DNA from: a virus
IMG/VR virus record: IMGVR_UViG_3300028840_002524
Location: 52,196 to 116,195 of that record
DNA length: 64,000 nt
Reading direction: 5' to 3' (one strand)
Below the pieces are notes generated by a model. It had not been told where the DNA came from and did no database searches. It saw only the letters and a list, made by a program, of their open reading frames with translations. A program made the position numbers and the translations under genes. Positions 27,978-36,141 of the stretch are shown here, one piece after another. Each line of letters starts with the position of its first letter. The first letter of the stretch is position 1.

Positions 27978-28640
27978 ATGGCGAAGAAGAAAAAAGGACG
28001 CGGCAGGCCACCGAAGCACAAGTCTGAAAAGGCTCGGAGCAAGCATCGCCGTGAGCACGGTCTCCAGTATTACCAGGACAACAAGGAGGAGATCAGCAAG
28101 AAGCGGGCGAAGCGGTGGAAGGATGACCCGGAGTACCGGGAGCGTGTCCGCAAGCGCGGGGAGGAGGAACGTGCGCTCCAACGGGCCAAGAAGCACGAGG
28201 AGCGTCTGGGGGAGGACAAGATCAAGAGCGAGCAGTATTGGAAAGGGCGCCGCACGCTCACCCCTCGCGTGGTGATGCTCGGCGGCAAAGAGGCGACCGT
28301 TTTCTCCTCCGGGGTCCTCGGCCGTGCGGTCTACCGAACGATGCCCACAGTCCGACGGTGGATCGTCAACCGCGTGCTGCCCGGCTATTCGTGGCAGGAC
28401 GAACACGGCCGGTACTGGTTCACCAGGGAGTTCTGCCAAGCGGCCCGAAGGGCCATCGAGAAGGTGTACCTGTACGACGGGCGCCGGGGCGAGACCGTGA
28501 CGAGGCAGCTCCTCATCGAGGAGCTCACGAGCGCAGGCATTACTTGGAGCCCCTTCGATGAGCCAGCCAAGAAAAAAGGGCGTAAGAAAAAAGGCCGTAA
28601 AAAAGGCGCCGGGAAGAAAGCGGGAAGTAAGTCTCGGTGA
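27978..28640 (+). CDS. Basic DNA-binding protein with a MerR-like HTH
   Basis: 'GVLGRAVYRTMPTVRRWIVNRVLP...GRYWFTRE'; Lys/Arg-rich termini. Confidence 0.6.
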   Translation: MAKKKKGRGRPPKHKSEKARSKHRREHGLQYYQDNKEEISKKRAKRWKDDPEYRERVRKRGEEERALQRAKKHEERLGEDKIKSEQYWKGRRTLTPRVVMLGGKEATVFSSGVLGRAVYRTMPTVRRWIVNRVLPGYSWQDEHGRYWFTREFCQAARRAIEKVYLYDGRRGETVTRQLLIEELTSAGITWSPFDEPAKKKGRKKKGRKKGAGKKAGSKSR

Positions 28641-28950
28641 GATCGGGGAGGTCCTGCGCCTCGACACCCGCGTGGTCCGGACAAAGCATACCGGCGAGGA
28701 TGCCCGGGTTGACGATGGCGTGGAGACCGTGATCTTCCCGCCCGGCATCCCCATCGCGCAGGTGGGGGTCGAGGTGAACCGTTCCATGGAGATCACGGGA
28801 AACCACTGGTTTTCCTGCAAGGTGATCACAACCCGCAACGTGGTGGACACGGCCCCGGCCGTCACCGCGATGCGCGAGGAGCTCTATGAAGAGTCCCTCG
28901 AATTCATCGACAACAAGGTGAAAGAAGCCATCGAGGAGGTGAGCACGTGA
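28558..28950 (+). CDS. Hypothetical protein (start uncertain)
   Basis: Good codon usage after about 28640; GTGA overlap with the next gene. Confidence 0.5.
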   Translation: MSQPRKKGVRKKAVKKAPGRKREVSLGEIGEVLRLDTRVVRTKHTGEDARVDDGVETVIFPPGIPIAQVGVEVNRSMEITGNHWFSCKVITTRNVVDTAPAVTAMREELYEESLEFIDNKVKEAIEEVST

Positions 28951-29255
28951 GTATCTGGATGCCCAGGAGGGCGCGTGAGCTCAAGGCCATGGAAGAGGCC
29001 CGGAGGCAGCGCGGCGGGGATATGTCCCAGGTCATCAAGGCCGAGGGGCAGGGCTGGAAACAGCTCGATGACAAGGACACGGGCGAGCTCGTGAACGTGT
29101 GGCAATTCACACACACCAAGGGGTACGGCTTCGTGACCCTGGTGGAGGGTAGCTACAACTGGGAGGCCAACCGGGGCGACCGGCCGCCCGACCGTGGCAA
29201 ATGCAGCAGCCTCGACGACGCGAAGCGCAAGGTGAATCAGCTCGTAGCGGGATAG
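28947..29255 (+). CDS. Hypothetical protein
   Basis: RBS GGAGG, GTG start, tightly packed with neighbours. Confidence 0.55.
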   Translation: MSIWMPRRARELKAMEEARRQRGGDMSQVIKAEGQGWKQLDDKDTGELVNVWQFTHTKGYGFVTLVEGSYNWEANRGDRPPDRGKCSSLDDAKRKVNQLVAG

Positions 29256-29263
29256 GAGACACC

Positions 29264-30742
29264 ATGGCGAAAGCAAAGCGTGACCTGGGGGGCTCCCCCG
29301 AGAAAGGCCGTGAGCGCATCCGCGTGGCCTCCGAGATCATCAACAAGAAGTACGGCACCCACACGGCCCTCCCTTTGAACGTGGCGGCCGTCGCCGACGT
29401 GGAGCGCCTCCCTTTCGGCGTGCTGTCCCTGGACTGGAAAACGCGGGGAGGGATCGTCGTGGGCCGGGTGAACCGGCTGTGGGGGAAGAAGAGCACCCTC
29501 AAGACAACCCTGTGCCTCCGGGCCGTCGCGCAGGCGCAGCGGCACTGCCGCCACTGCAAGGCCCCCATCGTGCAGGACCCGGTGACCGAGAAGCGGAATT
29601 GCCGGTGCCCGAACCCGAGATTCACCATGGCGAACCCGGAGCAGTTCAGCCTGCTCACCCAGGAGCAAACGATCCAGACGCGCTACGGCATCCTCCCGGG
29701 CCCGGCCACGCTGAAAAATCCCTGGGTCACGGTCAAGAACAGTAGCGGAAAGAACATCAAGGTGCTGTTCGAGGAGACGGACCGGAACGAGCCGTGGCGC
29801 TGCATTTTCATCGACACCGAGCGCACCATCGACAAGAAGTGGGCCCAGAACAACGGCGTGGACACCTCCCTCGTGGCCCTCGTGGGCGGCAAGTGGGCCG
29901 AGATGGTCCTGGACACTACCGAGGAGCTCATCCTCACGGGCGACTTCGACCTCATCGTGATCGACTCTCTTGCCATGCTCACCCCCGAGGACGAGGTGAG
30001 CAAGTCCCACCGGGAGAACCCCAAGGTGGCCGGGCAGGCCGGGGTCATGACGCGGGCAGTCAAGAAGTGGCTCAGCGCCATGAACGAAGAGGGGCTCATG
30101 AATCGCTACGCCCCCACCATCCTGTGCACCGATCAGGTACGCATGAAGGGGATCGGCTACGGGCAGCACGCCCATCTCGCGCCAGCGGCGTCGAACGCCA
30201 TCGACCACTCCCTCTCCCTCGACATCGGGATGCGGGCCGGGGGCTACGAGTTCGACGGGGACGTTGCCAAGTACGGGACCTTCGACTACACGGTGGACAA
30301 GAACAAGGCCGGTGGATCTCCCAAGGTGAAAGGGTCCTTCCGATTCTGGCTCAAGCCCACACGCGGCCGGGCCGTCGGTGACGTGGAGGACATGAAGGTC
30401 GTGATGGCGGAGGCCCGCAGCCTCGGGATCATCGAGGACGGCAAGGGCAAGTACACCCTCCTGTCCGAGTACCTGGAGGAGGGGGAAGAGACCTTCAAGA
30501 CCCTCAAGGCCCTCACGGCATTCCTCGAAAATAACCCGACCGTCTACGCCGATGTGCGTGCCCGGACCCTCCAATGCCTCATCATGAAGGATGAGGAGGG
30601 CGAGATCGTGCTCGGTTCAGAGGCCGAGAAGAAGGTCGAAGAGAAGCCTGTTGAGGCTGTCGAGAAGCCGAAGCGCAAGCAGGGCAAGAAAAAGGGTGTC
30701 AAGAAGAGCGAGAACCCTCTCACCCAGAAGTTCAAGGTGTGA
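29264..30742 (+). CDS. recA: RecA/UvsX-like recombinase with a Cys-rich insertion
   Basis: 'G.LSLD...GGI..GR...G..STLKTT', 'FIDTE', 'IVIDSLA'; about 90-aa insertion with CRHC/CRC after Walker A. Confidence 0.85.
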   Translation: MAKAKRDLGGSPEKGRERIRVASEIINKKYGTHTALPLNVAAVADVERLPFGVLSLDWKTRGGIVVGRVNRLWGKKSTLKTTLCLRAVAQAQRHCRHCKAPIVQDPVTEKRNCRCPNPRFTMANPEQFSLLTQEQTIQTRYGILPGPATLKNPWVTVKNSSGKNIKVLFEETDRNEPWRCIFIDTERTIDKKWAQNNGVDTSLVALVGGKWAEMVLDTTEELILTGDFDLIVIDSLAMLTPEDEVSKSHRENPKVAGQAGVMTRAVKKWLSAMNEEGLMNRYAPTILCTDQVRMKGIGYGQHAHLAPAASNAIDHSLSLDIGMRAGGYEFDGDVAKYGTFDYTVDKNKAGGSPKVKGSFRFWLKPTRGRAVGDVEDMKVVMAEARSLGIIEDGKGKYTLLSEYLEEGEETFKTLKALTAFLENNPTVYADVRARTLQCLIMKDEEGEIVLGSEAEKKVEEKPVEAVEKPKRKQGKKKGVKKSENPLTQKFKV

Positions 30743-30835
30743 CACCGCTCAAGAGTCAGGGGTGGCTCGTTCCCGTTCCGGTCTCATGGCCGGGACGGGG
30801 TGATTAACAGAATTGGACGAGAGTAAGGAGGAATC

Positions 30836-31021
30836 GTGAAAAAGAAAATGTTCAAAATAAGATACGACGGGAGCCATTGCACCTTCGATAGCATGGAAGG
30901 GGCATTGGAAGAGATCAAGGTTTTCATGCGCGAGCAAGACGAACCGTCCATGATTGCTCTCGAATTAGTCGAGATGACGCAGGAAGAATACGACGCACTG
31001 CCCGAATTTACCGGGTGGTAG
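30836..31021 (+). CDS. Small acidic hypothetical protein
   Basis: RBS AAGGAGG; ends 'MTQEEYDALPEFTGW'. Confidence 0.6.
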   Translation: MKKKMFKIRYDGSHCTFDSMEGALEEIKVFMREQDEPSMIALELVEMTQEEYDALPEFTGW

Positions 31022-31043
31022 CAGATTCGGAAGAATGTGAAGA

Positions 31044-31238
31044 GTGATGAAGTATTCTTGCGCCATTCACCGTGTGGGAAAGCAAGCAAAGAAAGGCGAA
31101 AAGTTTTGCCTTTCGAACCACAGGGGATCGCTTCTGTTTTGCACCAGAGCAGAGGGCCACAAAGGCGACCACGTTGCGCACGGTGTCGGCGGCAAACCGT
31201 TGAAGAGATGGCGAAACCCTTGGAAGAAAAAGAATTAA
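31044..31238 (+). CDS. Small hypothetical protein (Cys/His-rich)
   Basis: 'FCTRAEGHKGDHVAHG' putative metal-binding motif. Confidence 0.45.
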   Translation: MMKYSCAIHRVGKQAKKGEKFCLSNHRGSLLFCTRAEGHKGDHVAHGVGGKPLKRWRNPWKKKN

Positions 31239-31263
31239 CAAACTCGATCATCTGGGAGGGGCA

Positions 31264-32046
31264 ATGAAAGAGATCAGGAAAAAGGAATTCGCCAACGGCT
31301 CCGTCTACGCCCTCGAAACGCACGATGGCTATCCGGTCGAGGTTACTGATACCTTTTTGCCGTTCTACACGAAAGACGCAATCGGCAGGCGGCAAAACGC
31401 CCTGAACACGCATGATCTTGGCAGCAGGGCGGAGCGATGGATGATAGGCGTTTCTGTGATGAGCGGTTGCCCTGTTGGTTGTCGCTTCTGCGCCACAGGA
31501 CAACTACCGAGGTGGAGGCGACTTGGTGCGGGTGAAATCATAGACCAAATCCGGTTTGTCCTTGAGCGAAGAGATGAACGATTCGAGGACGCGAAGGAAT
31601 ACAAGATCAATTATACGAGGATGGGGGAACCATTCTTAAACACCGAACAAGTCAAACTCGCTGTTTTATGGGCAGACCTTGCTACTCCAGGCGTTCACCA
31701 GTACATCTCAACCATTGGCATTGAAGGATCGGACTTTTCATGGATCAGGAATGACGCAACCCTTCAAATTTCCCTGCATTCATGCGACGAAAAGAAAAGG
31801 GACTGGCTTATCCCATACAAGCGGAAAATGAGCATTGCCGATCTTGGGAAGATTCGAACAGAAAGCAATCTGAAAACCACCTTGAATCTGACTTTGGTGG
31901 ATGAGCAGGATTTTGATATTCGTATTCTGAAGGACCATTTTCCAAAAGAAGAATTCTTCGTGAAACTCAGTCCTATAAACCGTAACGCGATCTCTGATTC
32001 CCACGGCCTTGGAGGCGGGGCAATCAGGACCGCAAACCTGATTTAG
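31264..32046 (+). CDS. RlmN/Cfr-like radical SAM protein lacking the C-terminal AACGQL segment
   Basis: 'SGCPVGCRFCATG' (CX3CX2C), 'MGEPFLN', 'ISTIG', 'LQISLHS'. Confidence 0.88.
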   Translation: MKEIRKKEFANGSVYALETHDGYPVEVTDTFLPFYTKDAIGRRQNALNTHDLGSRAERWMIGVSVMSGCPVGCRFCATGQLPRWRRLGAGEIIDQIRFVLERRDERFEDAKEYKINYTRMGEPFLNTEQVKLAVLWADLATPGVHQYISTIGIEGSDFSWIRNDATLQISLHSCDEKKRDWLIPYKRKMSIADLGKIRTESNLKTTLNLTLVDEQDFDIRILKDHFPKEEFFVKLSPINRNAISDSHGLGGGAIRTANLI

Positions 32047-32054
32047 GGGGCGTT

Positions 32055-32174
32055 ATGGAAGAGATCATCAGGGATCTCGAAAGTTCCGGTTACGACTATG
32101 CAGTGGCGATTGCCACCAAGGCAGAAGTCGAAGCCGGGGCGGCTTGTGGACAACTGTCGGTTGTCTGCGAGTAG
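32055..32174 (+). CDS. 39-aa peptide matching the RlmN/Cfr C-terminus (AACGQL)
   Basis: Translated by hand: MEEIIRDLESSGYDYAVAIATKAEVEAGAACGQLSVVCE*; own RBS AGGGGG; not in the ORF track. Confidence 0.8.
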   Translation: MEEIIRDLESSGYDYAVAIATKAEVEAGAACGQLSVVCE

Positions 32175-32181
32175 GAAAACG

Positions 32182-32216
32182 TAGCGGCTGGCCGGGGAAA
32201 CCCGGCTATGCCGCTA
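32182..32216 (+). terminator. Long GNRA-capped hairpin after the radical SAM/peptide pair
   Basis: TAGCGGC-TGGCCGGG-GAAA-CCCGGCTA-T-GCCGCTA; weak U tract. Confidence 0.45.
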
Positions 32217-32243
32217 ACACTCTCGATCAACTGTAAATTTATG

Positions 32244-32272
32244 TTGACAATCGCCTCATGATATGCTATACT
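32244..32272 (+). promoter_or_regulatory. Sigma70-like promoter
   Basis: TTGACA-17-TATACT with an extended -10 TG. Confidence 0.75.
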
Positions 32273-32300
32273 ATACACGGTCAATGGAAAGGTGTGAAGC

Positions 32301-32579
32301 ATGCCAGAGGCAATGATCGAGTACAAGGATTGCGCGGGTCCGTGGCAGCCCTGGGCGATCCGAGTGGGCACCAGGAAGCAGATCGAGGAATCGGCCCGGA
32401 GTCTCCTTGAGGAGATCAAAGAGGAATACCCTCGCGGGCAGGTGTCCCTCGTGGACGGCCGTGGGAAGCGGCGTGGAGTGCGGCTGAATGGCAGAGAAAC
32501 CGAGGCGCAGGAGGACCGAGAACGTCCGAGAGCCGTCACCACGCCGTTCTCGCAAGAGTTCGAGAACCCCCTGGGATGA
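32301..32579 (+). CDS. Hypothetical protein
   Basis: First ORF after the promoter; its C-terminus overlaps the next gene. Confidence 0.45.
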   Translation: MPEAMIEYKDCAGPWQPWAIRVGTRKQIEESARSLLEEIKEEYPRGQVSLVDGRGKRRGVRLNGRETEAQEDRERPRAVTTPFSQEFENPLG

Positions 32580-32943
32580 TCAGGAGCGGGACCACGCTAA
32601 GTCATTCGGCCGCCAACAGGCCGGGTCCGGGTGCGGGTCCTGCAACAAGGGGGACATCCTCGGCGACGTGCTCCTTCTCGAAGAGTGCAAGACCACATCG
32701 GCCGAGACCCTCCAGATCCCCAAGGGCGTCACCATGAAGATATGCCGGGAGGCCCGCGCAATCGGCCGCACCCCGGCGCTCGGGTTCGGGTACGCCGACA
32801 TGCCTCACGGGTTCCCACAGGAGTGGGTGGCCCTCCCCAAGGACGTGCAGGAAGTTTTGTACAGGATCGCCGCGTGCGCTGGCAGCAACCTTGACGATCC
32901 GAAGGTACGAGAGGAGATCAGGGAATGGGCAGCGAGACTGTAG
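32488..32943 (+). CDS. PD-(D/E)XK nuclease, Holliday junction resolvase-like
   Basis: 'E...AK..G...AGSG....KGD......EECKTT'. Confidence 0.65.
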   Translation: MAEKPRRRRTENVREPSPRRSRKSSRTPWDDQERDHAKSFGRQQAGSGCGSCNKGDILGDVLLLEECKTTSAETLQIPKGVTMKICREARAIGRTPALGFGYADMPHGFPQEWVALPKDVQEVLYRIAACAGSNLDDPKVREEIREWAARL

Positions 32944-33893
32944 ACCTCCCCTTCGCGGGCGATAAGACGTGGAACCGTGTCGAGAGGTACCTCGACGTGC
33001 GCCCCAACCGGCGCCCGCGCCACGCCGATTCATTCTTTCACGCCTCCCAGATTCGACGCATGTGCCCCATCTTCGAATACTGGAACCGGACGTGGCTCAA
33101 GCAGATGAAAAAGGCTCGTGGCAAGAACCGGGAGAAACTCCAGAAGAAGGTGCACGCCTGTCTCTACGCCGACAGGCCGAAAGCCTCTCTCCAGTCCATT
33201 TTCGACCTGGGAACGGTGCTGCACACCAAGATCCAGTACTACTACGGGGTCATCGGCCTCCTCGTGGGGACGTGGCGGTGCCCCATCTGCGGACACGTCG
33301 AGGGGGACCCGGACGAAAAGCCTATAAAGATGCCAAGGGAAGCGGTGATCAGCGCCAGCGGCCACAAGATATACGACTTCGCCATCTGCCCCAAGTGCAA
33401 GAAGAATCACAAGACGTGGCCCCACTGGGAGTACGTCGAGCCCTTTGCCATTGACGTATCGGACAGGATTGCGGGGTCCACGGACGGCTTCATCGACTAC
33501 CGGTACGATGGGAAACTGTACCAGGGCATCCTCGAAGTCAAGAGCATCAACGAGAACGGCTTCAATGAGAAGTACGGCGAGCCCCTCCCCAAGGCAGACC
33601 ACGTGTTCCAGGCGTCCATCTACATGCACCTCTTCGGCCGCGAGTGGGCCCTCATCCTCTACTACAACAAGAACAAGTCCCAGGTGAAGGAATTCCTCGT
33701 TCCGAAGGACCCCAACGCCTGGACGTACTCCGTGCGCCGGTCTCGGGCCACCACGCAGGCCCTCAAGAAGCAGAAGCCACCCTCCGACGACTGGAGGACG
33801 TGCCAGAAGATCAAGGACCCGGCCGCACGCTCCTGCCCGGCCGCATTCGAGTGTTGGGGCGAGCACCCTCCTGAGAATTTTATGAGCGCGTGA
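32925..33893 (+). CDS. Cas4-like/RecB-family exonuclease
   Basis: 'HAS....CP', 'GTVLH', 'GSTDG', 'LEVKS', 'QASIY' and three C-terminal Cys (Fe-S staple); internal CPIC/CPKC zinc ribbon. Confidence 0.8.
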   Translation: MGSETVDLPFAGDKTWNRVERYLDVRPNRRPRHADSFFHASQIRRMCPIFEYWNRTWLKQMKKARGKNREKLQKKVHACLYADRPKASLQSIFDLGTVLHTKIQYYYGVIGLLVGTWRCPICGHVEGDPDEKPIKMPREAVISASGHKIYDFAICPKCKKNHKTWPHWEYVEPFAIDVSDRIAGSTDGFIDYRYDGKLYQGILEVKSINENGFNEKYGEPLPKADHVFQASIYMHLFGREWALILYYNKNKSQVKEFLVPKDPNAWTYSVRRSRATTQALKKQKPPSDDWRTCQKIKDPAARSCPAAFECWGEHPPENFMSA

Positions 33894-33940
33894 TCCGCTT
33901 TTCTGGTATGCTGTAAACACACAGATACAGAGAGCGGAAT

Positions 33941-34198
33941 ATGGCGGCTACTCGTACATCCAAGAAAAAACAGCGCACACGCAAGCCAGCCCGGCGCGTT
34001 CCCACGCGGAAAGCGGTAGAAGGGGCCATCAAGAAGCTCGGCTACAAGTCCTTTGACGCCTACCTGTTCGACCGAGCCGGTAAAACCCTTGCCAATATGG
34101 CCGACGAGCTTGGGGTCCCGCGTCCGTCGTTTACAGCCGAGCACCGGAGGCACATGCTCGAACGGGCCGGTGAGGCCGACCCTTTCAGCTCCGCTTGA
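33941..34198 (+). CDS. Small basic HTH protein
   Basis: 'TLANMADELGVPRPSF'. Confidence 0.6.
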   Translation: MAATRTSKKKQRTRKPARRVPTRKAVEGAIKKLGYKSFDAYLFDRAGKTLANMADELGVPRPSFTAEHRRHMLERAGEADPFSSA

Positions 34199-34253
34199 CA
34201 CCTGGGGAAACGCGCTGTAGCTTATGCCCTGTCCAAGGTGGAGGTTTCAGCGT

Positions 34254-35027
34254 ATGGACCTGTTCTCCGAGAAAGCAATTCGGAAACTCACACCGGGCGA
34301 GATCAGGCTCCAAGTGGAGTCGATTGCGTCCGGAATTCACCAGAACAACTACGCCCTGGGGGGCTTCATTCAGCGGGTCCGGTCCGACGGCCTGTGGAAG
34401 AAGTGGGGAAAGAGGACCTTCCAGTCCTTCGGCGACTGGTGTTGGGCCATCCTGGGGTTCAAGGATCGAAAGGCCGAGGAGCTCTCCAAGATCCACGGGC
34501 GCCTCCAGGAACTCGAAGTCTCCGGGAAGGTCAAAAGCGAGCTCGTGAATCAGGGATGGACCAAGCTCCGGTTCCTCTCCCGGGTTGTGGATGAGGACAA
34601 CGCAAAGGAGTGGCTCGACAAGTCGAAGATGCTCTCCTCGCGTGCCCTCGAAGCGGAGGTCCGCATCGCCAGCGGCGACCCCGATCCCGATACCGAGGAC
34701 GGCGACGATCCTGACCCGGAGCCGAAGCCCAAGCGCGTCCGCATGGGCCTGGAGTTCGACCACCCCGACGACTTCCGCTTCGTGACTGATATTATGGCGG
34801 TAATCGAGCGCCGCACCGGGGAGCGCAGCAACGGTCGTATTATCTCCATGATGGCGACAGCCTACGCGGCCATGCACGTCCGGGACGATGAGGGTGGCAT
34901 GGCGGTCGAGGTCGAGCGGATGCTCCAGGCCATGGAGCGCGACTACGGCATCCAGCTCGGCATCATGAACCCGGTGCACAAAAAGGGCAGGAAAAAGGGC
35001 GTGAAGAAGAAAGTCAAGAAAGCGTGA
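34254..35027 (+). CDS. Hypothetical DNA-binding protein with a KKGV tail
   Basis: 'LWKKWG..FQSFGDWC...LG...RKA' and 'GWTKL' pattern seen in phage DUF3102/ParB-associated proteins; candidate promoter TTGACA-17-TAGCTT at 34195-34223. Confidence 0.55.
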   Translation: MDLFSEKAIRKLTPGEIRLQVESIASGIHQNNYALGGFIQRVRSDGLWKKWGKRTFQSFGDWCWAILGFKDRKAEELSKIHGRLQELEVSGKVKSELVNQGWTKLRFLSRVVDEDNAKEWLDKSKMLSSRALEAEVRIASGDPDPDTEDGDDPDPEPKPKRVRMGLEFDHPDDFRFVTDIMAVIERRTGERSNGRIISMMATAYAAMHVRDDEGGMAVEVERMLQAMERDYGIQLGIMNPVHKKGRKKGVKKKVKKA

Positions 35028-35314
35028 CCGAGCAGGAACTCATCGCCGAAGCAGACGCCGCGTGTCCCTTCGACGGGAACGATAGGAAGGTGTGGCTCGC
35101 CGCTGTTCGCATGCTCGTGCGAAACGGGGCTGTCCTCTGCCCCACCGTCACGAGCGTCAGGTTCCCGGTCCGCAAGCACGAGGCGCATCGAATCATCAAC
35201 AGGGCCGTCGTTCGGGTTCGCATGCTCCTGGACGCGGCCCTCGGTACTGACATCGGGATCGAGGAGGCAGGAGACCGTGGCACCCTCGCGCACAAAGTTT
35301 ATGCCATGCGCTGA
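35024..35314 (+). CDS. Hypothetical protein
   Basis: GTGA overlap with the upstream gene. Confidence 0.5.
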   Translation: MTEQELIAEADAACPFDGNDRKVWLAAVRMLVRNGAVLCPTVTSVRFPVRKHEAHRIINRAVVRVRMLLDAALGTDIGIEEAGDRGTLAHKVYAMR

Positions 35315-35717
35315 GAACACCGGGGCGGTGGTCTTGGCGCTCTCGGCATTCGACCCGGGCCACTGGGTGGTTCCGCTCCTCCTGTCGGAACTCACCCCCG
35401 AGGAGGCGTTCCGGGTCCTTCGCCTGTGCAGTGGCCTCACGTTCCCCATACACTCCATGCGCGGGGAAGAGGGAATCGAGGAGGAACTCCGGGAGATTCT
35501 CAGCGACGAAAAGGCCGACGCCATTCTCTCCCTGGGGGACACGCAAACCGTCGATTTCCAGCATTTCCGCGAGCTCCACAAGACCATCGAGACGGCACGC
35601 TGCTTCACATTCGCCCGTGCCCTGGGTCCGGTGAAAGCGGCCGAGCGCCTCGGACTCCCGAAAACAACCGTCCGAGCCCGACGAGCGTACGTGTACCGAA
35701 AGCTGAACGGAGGATAG
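35301..35717 (+). CDS. Hypothetical protein with a C-terminal HTH
   Basis: 'VKAAERLGLPKTTVRAR'. Confidence 0.55.
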   Translation: MPCAENTGAVVLALSAFDPGHWVVPLLLSELTPEEAFRVLRLCSGLTFPIHSMRGEEGIEEELREILSDEKADAILSLGDTQTVDFQHFRELHKTIETARCFTFARALGPVKAAERLGLPKTTVRARRAYVYRKLNGG

Positions 35718-36140
35718 GTGCAGGCGACCGAGGCCATAGAGGCTGAGAAGAGCTCGACCGGCAAGGACCCGAAGATCCTGGTTCTCTTGCAGCAGAGCAT
35801 GGAACTCCAGCGCATCGTGTCCGTGTGGCCGAGCGTCCCCAAGGACATCGAGAAGCTGTTCGAGAACGTAGAGGCCCCTGTGGACCGGCGGCAGCGGTGG
35901 GAGTGGCTCTGGGGGCGTATCGAAGTGGACAGGGCCGAGTGGCTCCGCCTCGCGTTGCTGGCGAACAATCCGTTCAATCGGGACCTTATCGAGCGGGCCA
36001 TCACGCTGAGGATGGTATTCCCGGACGGCTCCCTGCACGGGTGGGTGGACCGCTACGTCTCGTTTATGGCCGTCGGGGTGTTCGCCGGGAAGGGAAAGAA
36101 GGGCAAGAAGGACGATATTCCCCACGTAGCAGAGGGATGA
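35718..36140 (+). CDS. Hypothetical protein
   Basis: RBS GGAGG, GTG start. Confidence 0.55.
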   Translation: MQATEAIEAEKSSTGKDPKILVLLQQSMELQRIVSVWPSVPKDIEKLFENVEAPVDRRQRWEWLWGRIEVDRAEWLRLALLANNPFNRDLIERAITLRMVFPDGSLHGWVDRYVSFMAVGVFAGKGKKGKKDDIPHVAEG

Positions 36141-36141
36141 G

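Noticed and set aside
25855-29800. Insertions in PolA and RecA as inteins
   Set aside because: They are too short and lack the N-terminal Cys/Ser and C-terminal His-Asn splice motifs or LAGLIDADG blocks.
32925-33893. Cas4-like gene as evidence of a CRISPR-Cas system
   Set aside because: No cas1/cas2 or array is nearby; stand-alone Cas4-like nucleases are common in phage recombination modules.
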